Assembly (NCBI RefSeq): GCF_004010195.1
Contig: NC_057720.1
Coordinates: 32,701,383 to 32,765,382 of the forward strand
Direction: 5' to 3'
Source of the DNA: Chiloscyllium plagiosum
Taxonomy: Eukaryota
Length of the DNA: 64,000 bases
The notes under the pieces were generated by a model that was not told where the DNA came from, ran no database searches, and saw only the letters and a list, made by a program, of their open reading frames with translations. This document shows positions 36,964-49,915 of this stretch, one piece after another. Each line of letters begins with the position of its first letter. Positions within the stretch are counted from its first letter, which is position 1. A program made the translations under genes and the position numbers.

Positions 36964-37362
36964 CTTAATTATGAAGGATGCCTCTTCATCACCTTTTCAA
37001 GAATTATTAACACTGTGCAGGAAATTCTGGCCAGTGATGTCTATTTCCCATGAATAAACTAAGGACATTTTATTCTTTAAAAAATTGATCCGTAGTGGAT
37101 ATGATCTGAGGGCTTTAAAAAAATAATAAGGGAGTCAAATATCTTTACTTAAGTAGTTTCTTGAACAGGCAGAAGAGGACTGGGCAGCATTAGTGAACAT
37201 TGTAAAATTAGATTGTTAAATGTTAAGATTCACTTTGTTTTACAGAGAATCATCAGCCATTGTAATGTTTTCTGTATGTAAAGTGAGTGTAGATTTGCTG
37301 CAAATGTTCAACATTCCTGCAAGTGGAAGCCATCTCAAGCTATGGGAGGTAATCCTGTTACT

Positions 37363-37588
37363 GCATGGGTTTCCTCCGGGTGCTCCGATTTCCTCCCACA
37401 GTCCAAAGATGTGTAGGTCAGGTGAATTTGTTATGCTAAAGTTGCCCATAGTGTTAGGTGAAGGGGTTAATGTAGGGGAATGGGTCTGGGTGGGTTGCTC
37501 TTCGGAGGGTCGGTGTGGACTTGTTGGGCCAAAGGGCCTGTTTCCACACTGTAAGTAATCGAATCTAATCTAACCTAATCTAATCTAG
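37363..37588 (+). mobile_element. HE1-type V-SINE, 5'-truncated
   Basis: Core (gggtttcctccgggtgctccg) and tail with (aatct)n. Confidence 0.88.
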
Positions 37589-37959
37589 TCTAACATGGAT
37601 AGTGATACAATTCACTATGGCCTCCTGGATTCTGAAGGCCAACAGGCATTGGGGATGGCTTTCCCAGAACTATCAACTAAATTGGGTGGAGGTATATTTC
37701 ATCTGACTCTTTTGAGTGACTATAGGGAGTATGTGTGAAGGTGGGAGTGGTTGCAATGGGCCTGGTGGTGTGGGTAGCTGTTGACTAAACAGGTAAAAGT
37801 ATTGTTTGAGAGATGGTAGATCGAATCTGTAAATGTCATTTTTGTTCAAAAGAGTGACGAGTAGAATTTGGAGGTAGTGGAAATTTAGTGCATTTGGGAA
37901 GTGAGTAATTTAAAATAAGGTCCAGCTGTAAATAAGTAAATAATTGATTAGCAAATAAT

Positions 37960-38490
37960 TAGTTCCCAAAGGATGAAAACTAAATAGAGGATATCAATGG
38001 GGAAGGGATCCAAACTGCATTACATAAGAATCCAGTATGTGTAACAGTTAGACGATAATTAGGAGTAAGGACCTGCAAAATTAAAAAGAAAAAGAAATGA
38101 ATTGCATTTCTGCAGCTCTTGAGCCACGCAAGATTTCCAGGGAGCTTGTGTCCAGCAGTAACTGTCATCCAGGAAATGATTAAGTTCCTTGATGAAGAAA
38201 CAGAGAAGGTTGATGAGGGTAGTGTGGTTGCTATTATATATAGGAACTTTCAAAAAGCATTTGACAAAGAATGTGAAGGGATGTGATGTGGAATGTAGTT
38301 CCTGATAATTATAGTGAAAACAGATTCAGTGGTATCATTGAAAAATAAATTGGCTATTTTTTTCAAACAGGGCTGTGTGAAGAGAGCAGGACAATTGGAT
38401 CAGATCAAGAAAACTTGGATAACTCTTTCAAAGATCCAGCTCAAATATGATGGGTTGAATGGCCTTCTTCTGTGTTGTATCATTCTACAT
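37960..38490 (+). mobile_element. Degraded CR1 RT/3' remnant with large deletions
   Basis: aaggttgatgagggtagtgtggttg…tttcaaaaagcatttgacaaag (KVDEG…FQKAFDK) and a CR1-type 3' UTR. Confidence 0.6.
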
Positions 38491-39379
38491 TTCAATTTTT
38501 CATAGACATTGAAATTGTAGGCCCCATTTATTAAAAGAAGCTTCAAATGTATCCATTCAAAGCAAACATAAAAACTGGTTGTGCAGTGTGGTTTTAATCT
38601 TATATTTACATTGAAAACATAAAGCACATAGTGCAGGACCACCAGTATTGAAAAGAGTAGGAGAGGAGAAAATAAACCAAGTGGTTTGGGCTGTAACCAA
38701 ATTTGAGTTTTAAAAGCCTGCGTATTATTGAAGGAACCAAGATTGAGACGTTCCAGTGTTTTGAGGTTCGCAGAAAGAGGACCTTACAATAAAAATCTGC
38801 ACATATTTCAATATAGTAAGGGGACAAATGAGAAGATGATGAAATTGGAGTTTATGAAGAACAAGGGAAAATCAGTGGGCCAATATACTGAAAAGAAATG
38901 TGTAAAGTGTTGAGTCTTAAAAGTAAAGGGGAAATTTTCAAGATCATCAATAATATACAATTAATATGGCAAAAATACCTAAATAAGGTAGGAGATGTAG
39001 GAGCAAATTAGATCATTTGCTACATCAAGCATCCTCCACTACTCAATGAGATCTGATAATGCTTAACTCTTTATTCTAAAGTAGCTAGCATGAGGAAGAA
39101 CAACATAATTCCTTTTAAAAAGAAATTGCCTCGGGATTTGTTGATTTACTAAATTTCAAGCTCTAAATTTCCTTACTTCCTTTTCATCACAAAGTGGCCT
39201 ATTTCTTTTTTTCTGATCAAACCACACCACAGCACAAAATACAGTTTCCATACTTGCAAACAAACTGGACTCTGATTCAAGTTGACCTCAAGATTAGGTT
39301 GACCTCAAATGGAAAATACTCCATATGTATGCACAAGCATACTTTGATTATATCCTTAGATAAATTTGGAGCTGGGGGA

Positions 39380-39790
39380 AACAGCTCTGACACCTTGGTG
39401 GTGAAAGTCAGCTTTGGTGGTGGATCACGGCAGAGCCTAGATTAATGGTCCAGACACAAGTTCGAATACCACCATATCAACTGATCAAATAAAATTTTTA
39501 ATAAAAAGCTAGTATTGTAATGGTGACCATAAAACTACTGAATTGTTGTAAAGCCCATCTGATTCATTAATGCTTTTTAGCAAAGGAAATTGACCACCCT
39601 GATCTGGATTTGTCTATCCATGACTTCAGGCCCAACCAACATGGCCGAATCTTAACTGCTTTCTGAAGTGGCCAAGTGAACCACAAAGCTGAATTCGAAA
39701 AGATAGCTTCTTATATTACCTTCTCACCGCTGATTGGGAATGAGCTATAAACATTGGCCTCGTCGTGATGCCCACATCCAAATGAATTAA
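39380..39790 (+). mobile_element. Old tRNA-derived SINE with L2/CR1-type tail
   Basis: B-box-like agttcgaatacc. The tail resembles the 3' end of the old LINE at 18500-18590. Confidence 0.5.
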
Positions 39791-40066
39791 AAGGTAACAA
39801 AACGTGATAATGAATCAGCCGCCTGTTGATGTTTTAGACAATGGAAACTGACAACTGGTGACTTGTGGTTCAGGTAATTTGTGGCCACCAATCCTCATTT
39901 CTAGATATTTTCTAATCAACCTAATATTACATATTGTGAAGCATACGGGACTTGAACCCAGACCTTCTGACTCAGAGGAAGAGTCACTACCTCTGCATCA
40001 CATGAACTCCTACTCCTTATTTCTACTCTTTTAAAACAAACCTAAAATCATGTTAAATAGCCCCTA

Positions 40067-40972
40067 AGTGGCAGATGGAGTTCAATTCAGATAATGTGAG
40101 GTGCTGCATTTTGAGAAAGCAAATCTTAGCAGGACTTATAAACTTAATGGTAAGGTCCTAGGGAGTGTTGCTGAACAAAGAGACCTTGGAGTACAGGCTC
40201 ACAGCTCTTTGAAAGTGGAGTTGCAGGTAGATAGGATAATGAAGAGGGCATTTGGTATGCTTTCTTTCATTGGTCAGAGTATTGAGTACAGGAGTTGGGA
40301 GGTCATGTTGCGGCTGTACAGGACATTGGTTAGGCCACTGATGGACGCCTGGAGGAAGAACGCTTCATCTTCCACCTCGGGACCCTCCAACCCCAGGGCA
40401 ATGTGGATTTCACCAGTTTCATCATTTCCACTCCCCCACCTTATCCTAGTTCCAACCTTCCAGCTCAGCACCATCTTCATAATCTGTCCCACCTGTCCAT
40501 CTGCTTCACCCTCCCCTCCAACCTATCACCTTTAACCACATCTCCATCCACCTTGCCCCCAGCCCCATCCTCCTCCTCCCATTTACCACCCCCGAAGCTC
40601 CCACCCTCATTCCTGATGAAGGGTTTTTGCCCGAAACATCGATTTTCCTGCTCCTAGGAAGCTGCCTGACCTGCTCTGCTTTTCCAGCACCACACTCGAC
40701 TCTAATCTCCAGCCCTCACTTTCATCAGAAATGATACATCTGTCTCCATAAGCACTCATGCAAACCTGCCCTGAATCACCATTTAAAGGTGATAGAGGCT
40801 GGTAAAACTGCAACATTTAAAAGGTATCTGGATGGGTATATGAATAGGGAGGGTTTGGAGGGATATGGGCTGGATGCTGGCAAGTGGGACTAGATTGGGT
40901 TGGGATATCTAGTCAGCATGGACAAGTTGAACCAAAGGGCCTGTTTGTATGCTGTACATCTCTATGACTGTA
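40067..40972 (+). mobile_element. CR1 3' fragment (40067-40340 and ~40793-40972) split by a Penelope-like insertion
   Basis: 40067-40340 matches 2071-2331. 40793-40972 matches 2702-2878. Confidence 0.85.
40342..40723 (+). mobile_element. Penelope-like 3' fragment/pLTR with hammerhead motif at 40613-40640
   Basis: Matches 61678-61920 (RLEEERFIF…). Contains ctgatgaagggtttttgcccgaaacatc. Confidence 0.85.
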
Positions 40973-41127
40973 TTGCTCCATCAAGTTGATTGGAGCTAAT
41001 ACAAGATAACAATAAATCTTTCAGAATCTTACCTTACACAGAAAGCCCTTACACCTCACTTGATTTTCTTTTTCATTAGCGTTGATATTTTCACTAAGTG
41101 AGAGTGGACTGTGCTCCTTTTGCTATT

Positions 41128-42033
41128 GGGTAAAAACAATGACTGCAGATGCTGGAAACCAGATATCTGGATTAGTGGTGCTGGAAGAGCACAGCAGTTC
41201 AGGCAGCATCCGAGGAGCAGTAAAATCGACGTTTTGGGCAAAAGCCCTTCATCAGGAATAAAGGCAGAGAGCCTGAAGCGTGGAGAGATAAGCTAGGGGA
41301 GCGTGGGGTTGGGGAGAAAGTAGCATAGAGTACAATGGGTGAGTGGGGGAGGGGATGATGGTGATAGGTCAGGGAGGAGAGGGTGGAGTGGATAGGTGGA
41401 AAAGAAGATAGGCAGGTAGGACAAGTCATGGGGACAGTGCTGAGCTGGAAGTTTGGAACTAGGGTGAGGTGGGGGAAGGGGAAATGAGGAAACTGGTGAA
41501 GNNNNNNNNNNNNNNNNNNNNNNNNNNNNNNNNNNNNNNNNNNNNNNNNNNNNNNNNNNNNNNNNNNNNNNNNNNNNNNNNNNNNNNNNNNNNNNNNNNN
41601 NNNNNNNNNNNNNNNNNNNNNNNNNNNNNNNNNNNNNNNNNNNNNNNNNNNNNNNNNNNNNNNNNNNNNNNNNNNNNNNNNNNNNNNNNNNNNNNNNNNN
41701 NNNNNNNNNNNNNNNNNNNNNNNNNNNNNNNNNNNNCTCATCCTAGTTTCAAACTTCTAGCTCCGCACTGTCCCCTTGACTTGTCCGACCTGCCTAGCTC
41801 CTTTTCCACCTATCCACTCCACCCTCTCCTCCCTGACCTATCAGCTTCATCCCCTCCCCCACTCACCTATTGTACTCTATGCTACTTTCTCCCCACCCCC
41901 ACCCTCCTCTAGCTTATCTCTCCACGCTTCAGGCTCTCTGCCTTTATTCCTGATGAAGGGCTTTTGCCCGAAACGTCAATTTCGAAGCTCCTTGGATGTT
42001 GCCTGAACTGCTGTGCTCTTCCAGCACCACTAA
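41128..42033. mobile_element. Penelope-like insertion with inverted pLTR pair (N gap in centre)
   Basis: 41166-41470 is the inverse of 41737-42035. A 13-bp TSD tccttttgctatt lies at 41115-41127 and 42034-42046. Confidence 0.85.
41950..41977 (+). ncRNA. Minimal hammerhead ribozyme motif (PLE pLTR)
   Basis: CTGATGA-a-gggc tttt gccc-GAAA-cg-TC, with intact core and palindromic ACGT stem III. Stem I is weak. Confidence 0.6.
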
Positions 42034-44675
42034 TCCTTTTGCTATTATGCAGGTTATGCCATACTATGTGCTTTGGTTAGTGAAAGGGATGAAATTCTGA
42101 ACATTAATTGAACAAGTACACTTAGGGTGGATTCAAATTAAGCATAAAGTGTCTCAACATTAACATAGCCATATTCCTTGCACTCTCTTTCCAGTGGTGA
42201 CAGAGAATTAAAGACAGATTTGGGGGTCGCTGATTCAATAAAAAGGTTCTAAATATTGGCAATACGTTGCCTTTTTGTTGGTCTGCTTGGCCTCTAGCTT
42301 TCATTTCACTTACATCATTGCATACCATTCTTTACATGCTGCATGAGGAAGTGACAGATAGGGTGCTAATTGCAATATCTGTGAGGGGCAAGGGGGAGAG
42401 AACCAGAGTTAATGTGTAACACATGGTGCTGCTGGCAACATGTGAAGATGATATTCAGTCATCGTGCTGAAGGTGTTACTTCAAATCCAGAATTTAAAAA
42501 AACGATAGTAATAATTTGGCTGCCTGTTTTGTAATTGAGCTTGATGAGCTGGCCTGAGGGAGAAGGATGAGGAGAAGGTCATGAAGGAGAAAGACAGGCA
42601 GGGAAAGAGAAGTCTGAGAAGCAGGTAATACCACACACAGAGACTGAGGCCGAGGCTGCACTCACAGGAAACAGTTGCAGTAGGCCCCACGCTGAGATCA
42701 GTTCTTATGGCTTTTCTGGCATCTGTTTTACTTCAATCTTTCAGGCGAAGGTGGGAGTGGAGGAAGGGAAAAAGGTTCAAATATACTTGGATATTAAACA
42801 CATATATGTAGAAAATATTACAGTTTGAACTGTAATGGCAAGTCCCAACATGTGACAGCATTTGCTTATGAAACTGCAGGTAAATTATATAACTGGCTAG
42901 TTAGGCTTTCCCAATTTAAAAAGCCCAGGGAGCTTTAAATATTCATGGGACCACCCAATCACACAAGCCAATGGTTTAAATTAAATAGGGTGCTGCCATG
43001 TAAAACTTATGTTATTAATTAAGTTGTGAATATTACATTGTAGAATGTTATTAATTTGATGGAAATGCAAGTTTCTGAATAGGTCTCTCGATGATTTACT
43101 AGTATGCTACTGCCACCATGCACACTAATTCTCACCATATATGGTTAGAACTTGCCTTTTCATCACCTAATTTGTACCTGGATTATTTATTCATGGATTA
43201 CTGCAACACTGTGGTCTTTATTTTATCCATTCTTGGGAATATAGACATCATTAGCAAGGTGGAATTTATTGCCCATCCCCCGAGGTGATGTGGTGAACCT
43301 TCCTCTTGGTTCACTGCAATCTATGTGGTGGACTGTTGCTGAATAGTTAGTTCTAGGAATTTGAGCACTGGAATTCAAGGATCAAACTGTATGGTAGTTA
43401 AATTAACAGACTATGTTTCTTGCTTGTACAAAAATGTTCTTTTTTAAAAGTAGAATAAGTCCCTTCTTTTAACCTAAGCAATTTTTAAAAAAGCAGTATA
43501 TATTACAATGCATCTCTGTGACAGGCAGGATTTGAAACTCAACATAGGGACTGTACCACAATATTTCACCCATGGTCCTAAAGCATTAGCCAGGTCCTCT
43601 GGATTACTAGTCCAGTGACATTACCACTATGCCACCATCCCCACTCACCCTCCTTGCTTAATCCTCTCTTACCTAGAGGCTAATTGCATCAATTAAGGCA
43701 AAGTTAGGTAGAAGGCATTGATTAGATGGTTACTTGAGAATACATATGAAGAGACACTTACTGGCACAGGAGTAGTGTGAAGTCCGGAGATGTATAACAT
43801 ATAATGTTTCACTCTAAAAATAAATCTATTCTAAAACCGGCTAAGTTCCTTCCTTCATCCACAGCTTTGGGTGGATAAGTTATTCTCATATTCTTTGTTA
43901 CTGATCCTCCTCAGGTCTTTTGCTTTGTTCCTTCACTTGGATTCCTTAATTTGAAGCTTAAATCTCTGAACCCATCTATTTCCTATTCCTTTTATTCACA
44001 TTCTGCTTTAAGCTGAGATCCACTTTCTCTCTTCCATTCATCCTGATTGAAAATTCAGTTCTCCTATCTCCTTACCCTGTCTCACAGATGTCTTTAGTTA
44101 ATCTCTTCTTCACATTGTAATTTCTTGTCTTCCTCTTTGCATCCACATTTTGCTCAGGTCTCTAATTACTTGGAAGACAGACATGGGTTTCTGTTTCACT
44201 TCCACCCCCGTCCATCCATCCATCCACTTTCTATCAATCTACTTCCTTGTTCTTTCTGTCTGAGGTTCTGCTTGTTCTTCTGATCTTTTCACTCACTAAC
44301 CACTTTCTCATCCTGCCCAGGCTTACTTTAACGATCCTTACTCATTGCGGCCCATGGTTCATTTTCCATTTCATACAGGCCTCTGGGCTTTTTAATGTTC
44401 TGTCTGCATTCTCCATACTCAATTTTCCAATTGCCTCACTTTGGTCTTGAATTCCTTTCCTCACTGTTACAAATTCTGAAATTCTGGCATGCACACTGAT
44501 AAGTCTAGCTTTAGAAGAAATTGCACTGAGAATGTGGCAGCATTGTTAAATGTAAGAGCTATATTGTTGAAATTTGGATACTTATTAGATTCATGCTGTT
44601 CTAGTTTACTATTGTGATTTTGTTTCTTTTGACCTTATTGTGGTGGCTTCTAGAATGTCATAGATTTATATAATC

Positions 44676-44848
44676 ACAGAATCCCTACAGTGTGCAAGTA
44701 GGCCATTCAGCCCATCGAGTTCACAGCAATCCTCCAAAGAGCAATCCCCACACCCCCATCTCTGTAACCCAGCATTTCCCATGGCTAACTCATCGAGCCT
44801 GCACAGCCCTAGGCAGTATGGTCAATTTAGCATGGCCAATTCACCTAA
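44676..44848 (-). mobile_element. HE1-type SINE 3' fragment
   Basis: Matches the tail half of the other copies. Confidence 0.75.
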
Positions 44849-45531
44849 TGTATCCACTTAATCCCATAATTGGCTATTATAGGCAAAATAGACCTTATTA
44901 TGATTAAGCCAATAAATTTAAGATGTTTCCTCAAGACTCAGATGGTGAACATGGTATTTTTCTAGAGAGACCAGATTCTCTAGGTCTTGATAGTTGATCT
45001 GCACCACGCTCCTACTTTCCTTTGTTATTTTTCATCTACTTGCTACCACTCAGCAATGTGAAGTGATGACAGATTCAGGTTCAACGTTTTACCAGTGAAT
45101 CTAACTCTACCTCATTATCTCTCCATGTTGTCAGACTACTTGGCTAAGATTCAGTTCAGATAACCCAAATTCCTTCCAATTAAATATTGAGAAGATTTAA
45201 GTGACTGACTTATATGCTTGTCACAAAGGCCATTTCCTATTCATTGATCGTATCCTTCTCCCTGACCATTGTTTCAGGCTGAAATATATTGTCTGTAACA
45301 GTAGCTTTCTATTTGGGCCTCTGTTTCCAAACCCATATCCTCTTCCTTAGACAAGCCACACATTTTCACTTGAGATAGCCACCCACCCTTCTGCCTTCCT
45401 GCTGTCAAACAATCTCTGTAGTTTCCAGATCAACTAATCCAATGGCCTCCTGGGTGACCCCCCGAACTGATTATCCTCCACGAGCTTGAGCTCATCCAAA
45501 TTACCACTACCTAGATCATATTCCAAACTAA

Positions 45532-46866
45532 AGCTGAAAAATGTGTTGCTGGAAAAGCACAGAGGTCAGGCAGTATCCAAGGAGCAGGAGAATTGACGTT
45601 TCGGGCACAAGCCCTTCTTCAGGAATGAGGAAGGTGTGCCAAACAGGATAAGATAAAAGGTAGGGATGAGAGACTTGGGGGAGGGGCGTTGGGAATGCGA
45701 TAGGTGGAAGGAGGTTAAGGTGAGGGTGATAGGCTGGGGGGCGTGGGGGGAGCAGAGACGTCGGGAAGAAGATTGCAGGTCAAGAAGGCGGTGGTGAGTC
45801 CAAGGGTTGGGACTGAGATAAAGTGGGGGGACGTGAAATGAGGAAGCTGGAGAAATCTGCATTCATCCCTTGTGGTTGGAGGGTTCCTAGGCGGAAGATG
45901 AGGCGCTCTTCCTCCAGGCAACCAATTCAACACGGACATTTACTATAAACCGACTGACTCCCACAGCTACCTAGATTACACCTCCTCCCACCCTGCATCT
46001 GTTCCCAGGAGGACCAATTCCAATATCGAACAACCCAGATGGCCTCTTTCTTCAAAGACTGCAATTACCTCTCAGACGTGGTTGATGATGCTCTCCACCG
46101 CATCTCCTTCACTTCCCGCTCCTCCGCCCTTCCAATCGCCACCAGGACAGAACCCCACTGGTCCTCACCTACCACCCCACCAACCTTCAGATACATCGTA
46201 TCATCCTTCGTCATTTCCGCCACCTCCAAACAGACCCCACCACCAAGGGTATATTTCCCTCCCCTCCCCTATCAGCGTTCCGGAAAGACCACGCCCTCCG
46301 CGACTCCCTCGTCAGGTCAACCCCCACCAACCCAACCTCCACTCCCGGCACCTTCCCCTGCACCCGCAAGAAATGCAAAACTTGCGCCCACACTTCCCCC
46401 CCTAACTTCCCTCCAAGGCCCCAAGGGATCCTTCCACATCCGTCACAAATGCACCTGCACCTCCACACACATCATTTACTGCATCCGCTGCACCCGATGT
46501 GGCCTCCTCTACATTGGGGAGACAGGCNNNNNNNNNNNNNNNNNNNNNNNNNNNNNNNNNNNNNNNNNNNNNNNNNNNNNNNNNNNNNNNNNNNNNNNNN
46601 NNNNNNNNNNNNNNNNNNNNNNNNNNNNNNNNNNNNNNNNNNNNNNNNNNNNNNNNNNNNNNNNNNNNNNNNNNNNNNNNNNNNNNNNNNNNCCTCCTCC
46701 CTACCTTTTATCTTAGCCTGATTGGCACACCTTCCTCATTCCTGAAGAAGGGCTTATGCCCGAAATGTCGATTCTCCTGCTCCTTGGATGCTGCCTGACC
46801 TGCTGCACTTTTCCAGCAACACATTTTTCAGCTCTGATCTCCAGCATCTGCAGTCCTCACTTTCTC
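45532..46866 (+). mobile_element. Penelope-like element: inverted 5' pLTR fragment + RT thumb/GIY-YIG remnant + pLTR
   Basis: TDIYYKPTDSHSYLDYTSSHP (~45932) and HIIYCIRCTRCGLLYIGETG (GIY-YIG, ~46468-46527). A 15-bp TSD catattccaaactaa lies at 45517-45531 and 46867-46881. Hammerhead motifs at 45595-45622 (-) and 46742-46769 (+). Confidence 0.92.
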
Positions 46867-47226
46867 CATATTCCAAACTAAGTCCTATTTGACTATCATA
46901 CCTTTGCTTGCTAATTTACGTTGATTCCTCAATCAGCTTGATACATCCAAGCCTCTTCATGACCTTGTCCCTTCCAATCTCTGTAATGGGTTCGAGCCAC
47001 ATAGGACTCTAAGAATTCCTCCAAACTTGCCATCGTATGCTTTCCCTACTTCCTCTTTCCCATCACTGACAGCTGTGCCTTCAGCCATCCAGACCCTAAG
47101 CTCTGACATACCCTCCCAAAATCTTTCTTTGTCCTTTAAAGGTCTTTCTTCAAAATGACCTCTTTCAGCAAGCTCTTAGTCATCTGTCCTAATATCTCCT
47201 ACATTGGCTCTCCTCGATTTGGGCGA

Positions 47227-47500
47227 GTGTACAACATCCACACAGACATTCTCCTTGTGTCCATGTAGGTTTCATCCAGGTGCTCCATTTTCCTCCCACA
47301 GTCCAAAGATGCGCAGGTTAGGTGGATTGGCCATAGTAAATTTGGCCGTAGTGTCCAGGGATGAGCAGGCAAGGTGGGTTAGCCATGGGAAATGTGGTTT
47401 ACAGGAATAAGGTCGAGGGCTAAGTCTGAATGGGATGATCTTCAGAGGGTTCAGTGGGCTGAATGGCCTCTTTGTGCACTAGGGATTCTATGACTCTATG
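47227..47500 (+). mobile_element. HE1-type SINE, 5'-truncated, diverged
   Basis: V-core cctcccacagtccaaagatg and tail ctatgactctatga. Confidence 0.8.
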
Positions 47501-47639
47501 AACATTTAGCCTGAATATATTCCTGTTAATCCCATCAAGATGTTTTACATTAGGGTTGTTTAAGATGCAAGTTGTTCATTTTCTAGCAGGATCACTTGAA
47601 GCAAGAGGAAAAAAGGCAATCAATGTTTGGTCAGGTATT

Positions 47640-47910
47640 TAGATTAGATTAGATTCCCTACAGTGTGGAAACAGGCCCTTTGGCCCAACAAGTCCACCCT
47701 GACCCATTTCCCTCTGACTAATGCACCTAACAAAATGGGCAATTTAGCATGGTCAATTCACCTGACCTGCACGTGTTTGGACTGTGGGAGGAAACTGGAG
47801 CACCTGGAGAAAACCCACACAAAATGTGCAAACTCCACACAGACAAGGCTGAATTTGAACCCAGGTCCCTGGCACTGTAAGGCAGCAGTGCTAACCACTG
47901 AGCCACCATG
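47640..47910 (-). mobile_element. HE1-type V-SINE with internal deletions
   Basis: A-box tggctcagtgg, B-box ggttcaaattc, and (aatct)n tail. Confidence 0.85.
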
Positions 47911-48411
47911 GTTGGTGAGGACAATATCAGGCTCAGCCATAATGCCATGTTCTCTCCAATGCCACCTTGTTAAACATGCTCTCAATGCTCACTATCTTTG
48001 TAATTTTTTAAAAAAGTCTGAACAAAGTGCTAAAAGCCTGCCGACGCCTGTAACATTACAGCACAGATTCAGCCTCTATTGTCCTGAGCGAGGAAAAATA
48101 GCAACTTATACCTGCTATCCAAAACATGCATACTTCATGTATCAATGTTTACCTGCAACAAATCTCCATCCAATTTACTTTACGTGGAGTTTCAAATGCT
48201 GATTTAAAAAGAAGTGAGACATCTAGATGAAATGTAAAGGTTGAAAAGTTAAGGGATGGTGGGATAAATCAGAAGCCAGCCTACGCAGTGCCAATGTTAG
48301 GTATAACCTGTAGATTAGGAGAAAGACTGAAAATATCTAAGAGTTTTGAAGTCCCAGAGGAGATTAAATGATTTTATTTAGGAAACGTGGCAGTTAGTCT
48401 TAATTGCAATA

Positions 48412-48738
48412 CATAGAATCCCTACTGTGTGAAAGCAGGCCATTCAGTCCATTGAGTCTACACTGACCCTTCAAAAAGCATCCCACCCAGACCCAGCTCC
48501 CTACCCTCATAATCCTGCATTTCCAATGGCTAACCCACCCAGTTTGCACATCCTGGACATTATGGGACAATTTAGCATGGCCAATCCATCTAACCTGCAC
48601 ATCTTTGGACTGTGGGAGGAAACCCACAGACACGGGGAGAACGTGCCAACTTCACACAGACAGTTGCCCAAGGGTGAAATCAAACCCGGGTCCCTGTATT
48701 GACAGGCAGCAGAGCTAACTACTGAATCACATGCTCCC
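48412..48738 (-). mobile_element. HE1-type V-SINE, diverged
   Basis: Collinear with 12979-13333. Confidence 0.82.
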
Positions 48739-49473
48739 TCCCACAAATGGTGAAGCTACAAAGAGCGGGAGAAGCATGTAGGAGAAGTGTATTTGAATGT
48801 GATAAGAACAACAATAGCAAATCAAAAACATAAATGCAAAATTCCAATCAGAAATTATCTTGTGATATTTATAACTGAACAAAATGATAATTATCACTGT
48901 GAAAATGACATCTGGAGATTGCAATCACTTTATCTGAAACCTGATCTCATTATTCAGGATATCTATTGTTTGCCTTATTGAAGAATGATGACATAAACTG
49001 TCCTTTTCTGTCCCATGTTTACAGAATTTGTGATGCAGATGTGTAATTTCTTGGCAAACATTTATCTAATTCCAATAAAAAATGAAATGTAATCGGAAGA
49101 TGATAGTGGGCTCCAATGTTTTTCCAAAAACATAGTTAAAAAGATTGGGAAGACATTGTTACTATGATTTTGTCGAGAATAGGATACAAGATCATAAACT
49201 TCATCAACACTCAATTTAGAATATTGTGTGTACAATTAATGCAAGATTTATATTTTCACTTTTACTGAAATTATAGTTAATATCAGGTTTAAAATCACAG
49301 ATATTATCAAATACCACTAGATCTCCTATGGTATAACTTACAGAAAAATCAAAGAAAATCATCTTTCACCTTGTGTTCTTGATTTGTTCAAGGGGTGTAA
49401 ATGTCTCTGGCAAGGCCACCAAACAACTACATCAATCAGTGAACATCCTCACTTTAATCTTGTGAGGAGCAGG

Positions 49474-49602
49474 TTCCTGATGAAGGGCTTTTACCCGAAA
49501 CGTCGATTTCGCTGCTCGTTGGATGCTGCCTGAACTGCTGTGCTCTTCCAGCACCACTGATCCAGAATCTGGTTTCCAGCATCTGCAGTCATTGTTTTTA
49601 CC
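49474..49602 (+). mobile_element. PLE pLTR fragment starting at the hammerhead motif (49477-49504)
   Basis: ctgatgaagggcttttacccgaaacgtcg followed by the common terminal …ccagcatctgcagtcattgtttttacc. Confidence 0.8.
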
Positions 49603-49654
49603 TTATTGACAGAACAGTTGAAAATAGGCCTAGAGCAATGCCCTGAGGTAGGAT

Positions 49655-49912
49655 GGTGCTTTTGCACAACAGTAGCATCCATACGTTTGAGCTAGGTGGC
49701 CTGGGTTCAAGACCCACCTGCTTCAAAGGTATGTCATAACAAACCTGCACAGGTTGATGTAAATACATAAATAATAAGTAATCTACAGAGGTCATGTAAT
49801 GCAATGGCAGTGTCTTTATCTCTGGCTTTGAAGGCCTGTGCTCACATTTCACCTGCTCCCCCTTGTGCCAGAGGTATGTAATAATGTGTCTGAACAGGTT
49901 GATTAGAAAAAT
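49655..49912 (+). mobile_element. Two tandem ~110-bp short tRNA-like SINE units (third copy ~50838-50940)
   Basis: All three share gcaa(t/c)(g/a)g(t/c)ag…ttcaag(a/t)ccca/ttcacctgct…aggt(a/g)tgt…acag(g/a)ttgat. Confidence 0.55.
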
Positions 49913-49915
49913 AGG

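Larger units (their letters stand above)
36330..37215 (+). mobile_element. Very old CR1 3' remnant interrupted by later insertions
   Basis: Decayed motifs (atggcagatg…, caaccacatctagaatac…, gtggatatgatctgagg). Confidence 0.5.
45060..47580 (+). mobile_element. Old L2-like LINE 3' remnant interrupted by a PLE (45532-46866) and an HE1 SINE (47227-47500)
   Basis: ttccttccaattaaatattgagaaga (FLQLNIEK) near 45170, gctgtgccttcagc…cctaagctctg near 47075, and tail gcaagttgtt near 47570. Confidence 0.5.

Noticed and set aside
42540..42700. Purine-rich stretch ending in CAG|GTAATA as a coding exon
   Set aside because: No clear acceptor or recognisable peptide. It may be a decayed transposon fragment, but I could not assign it.
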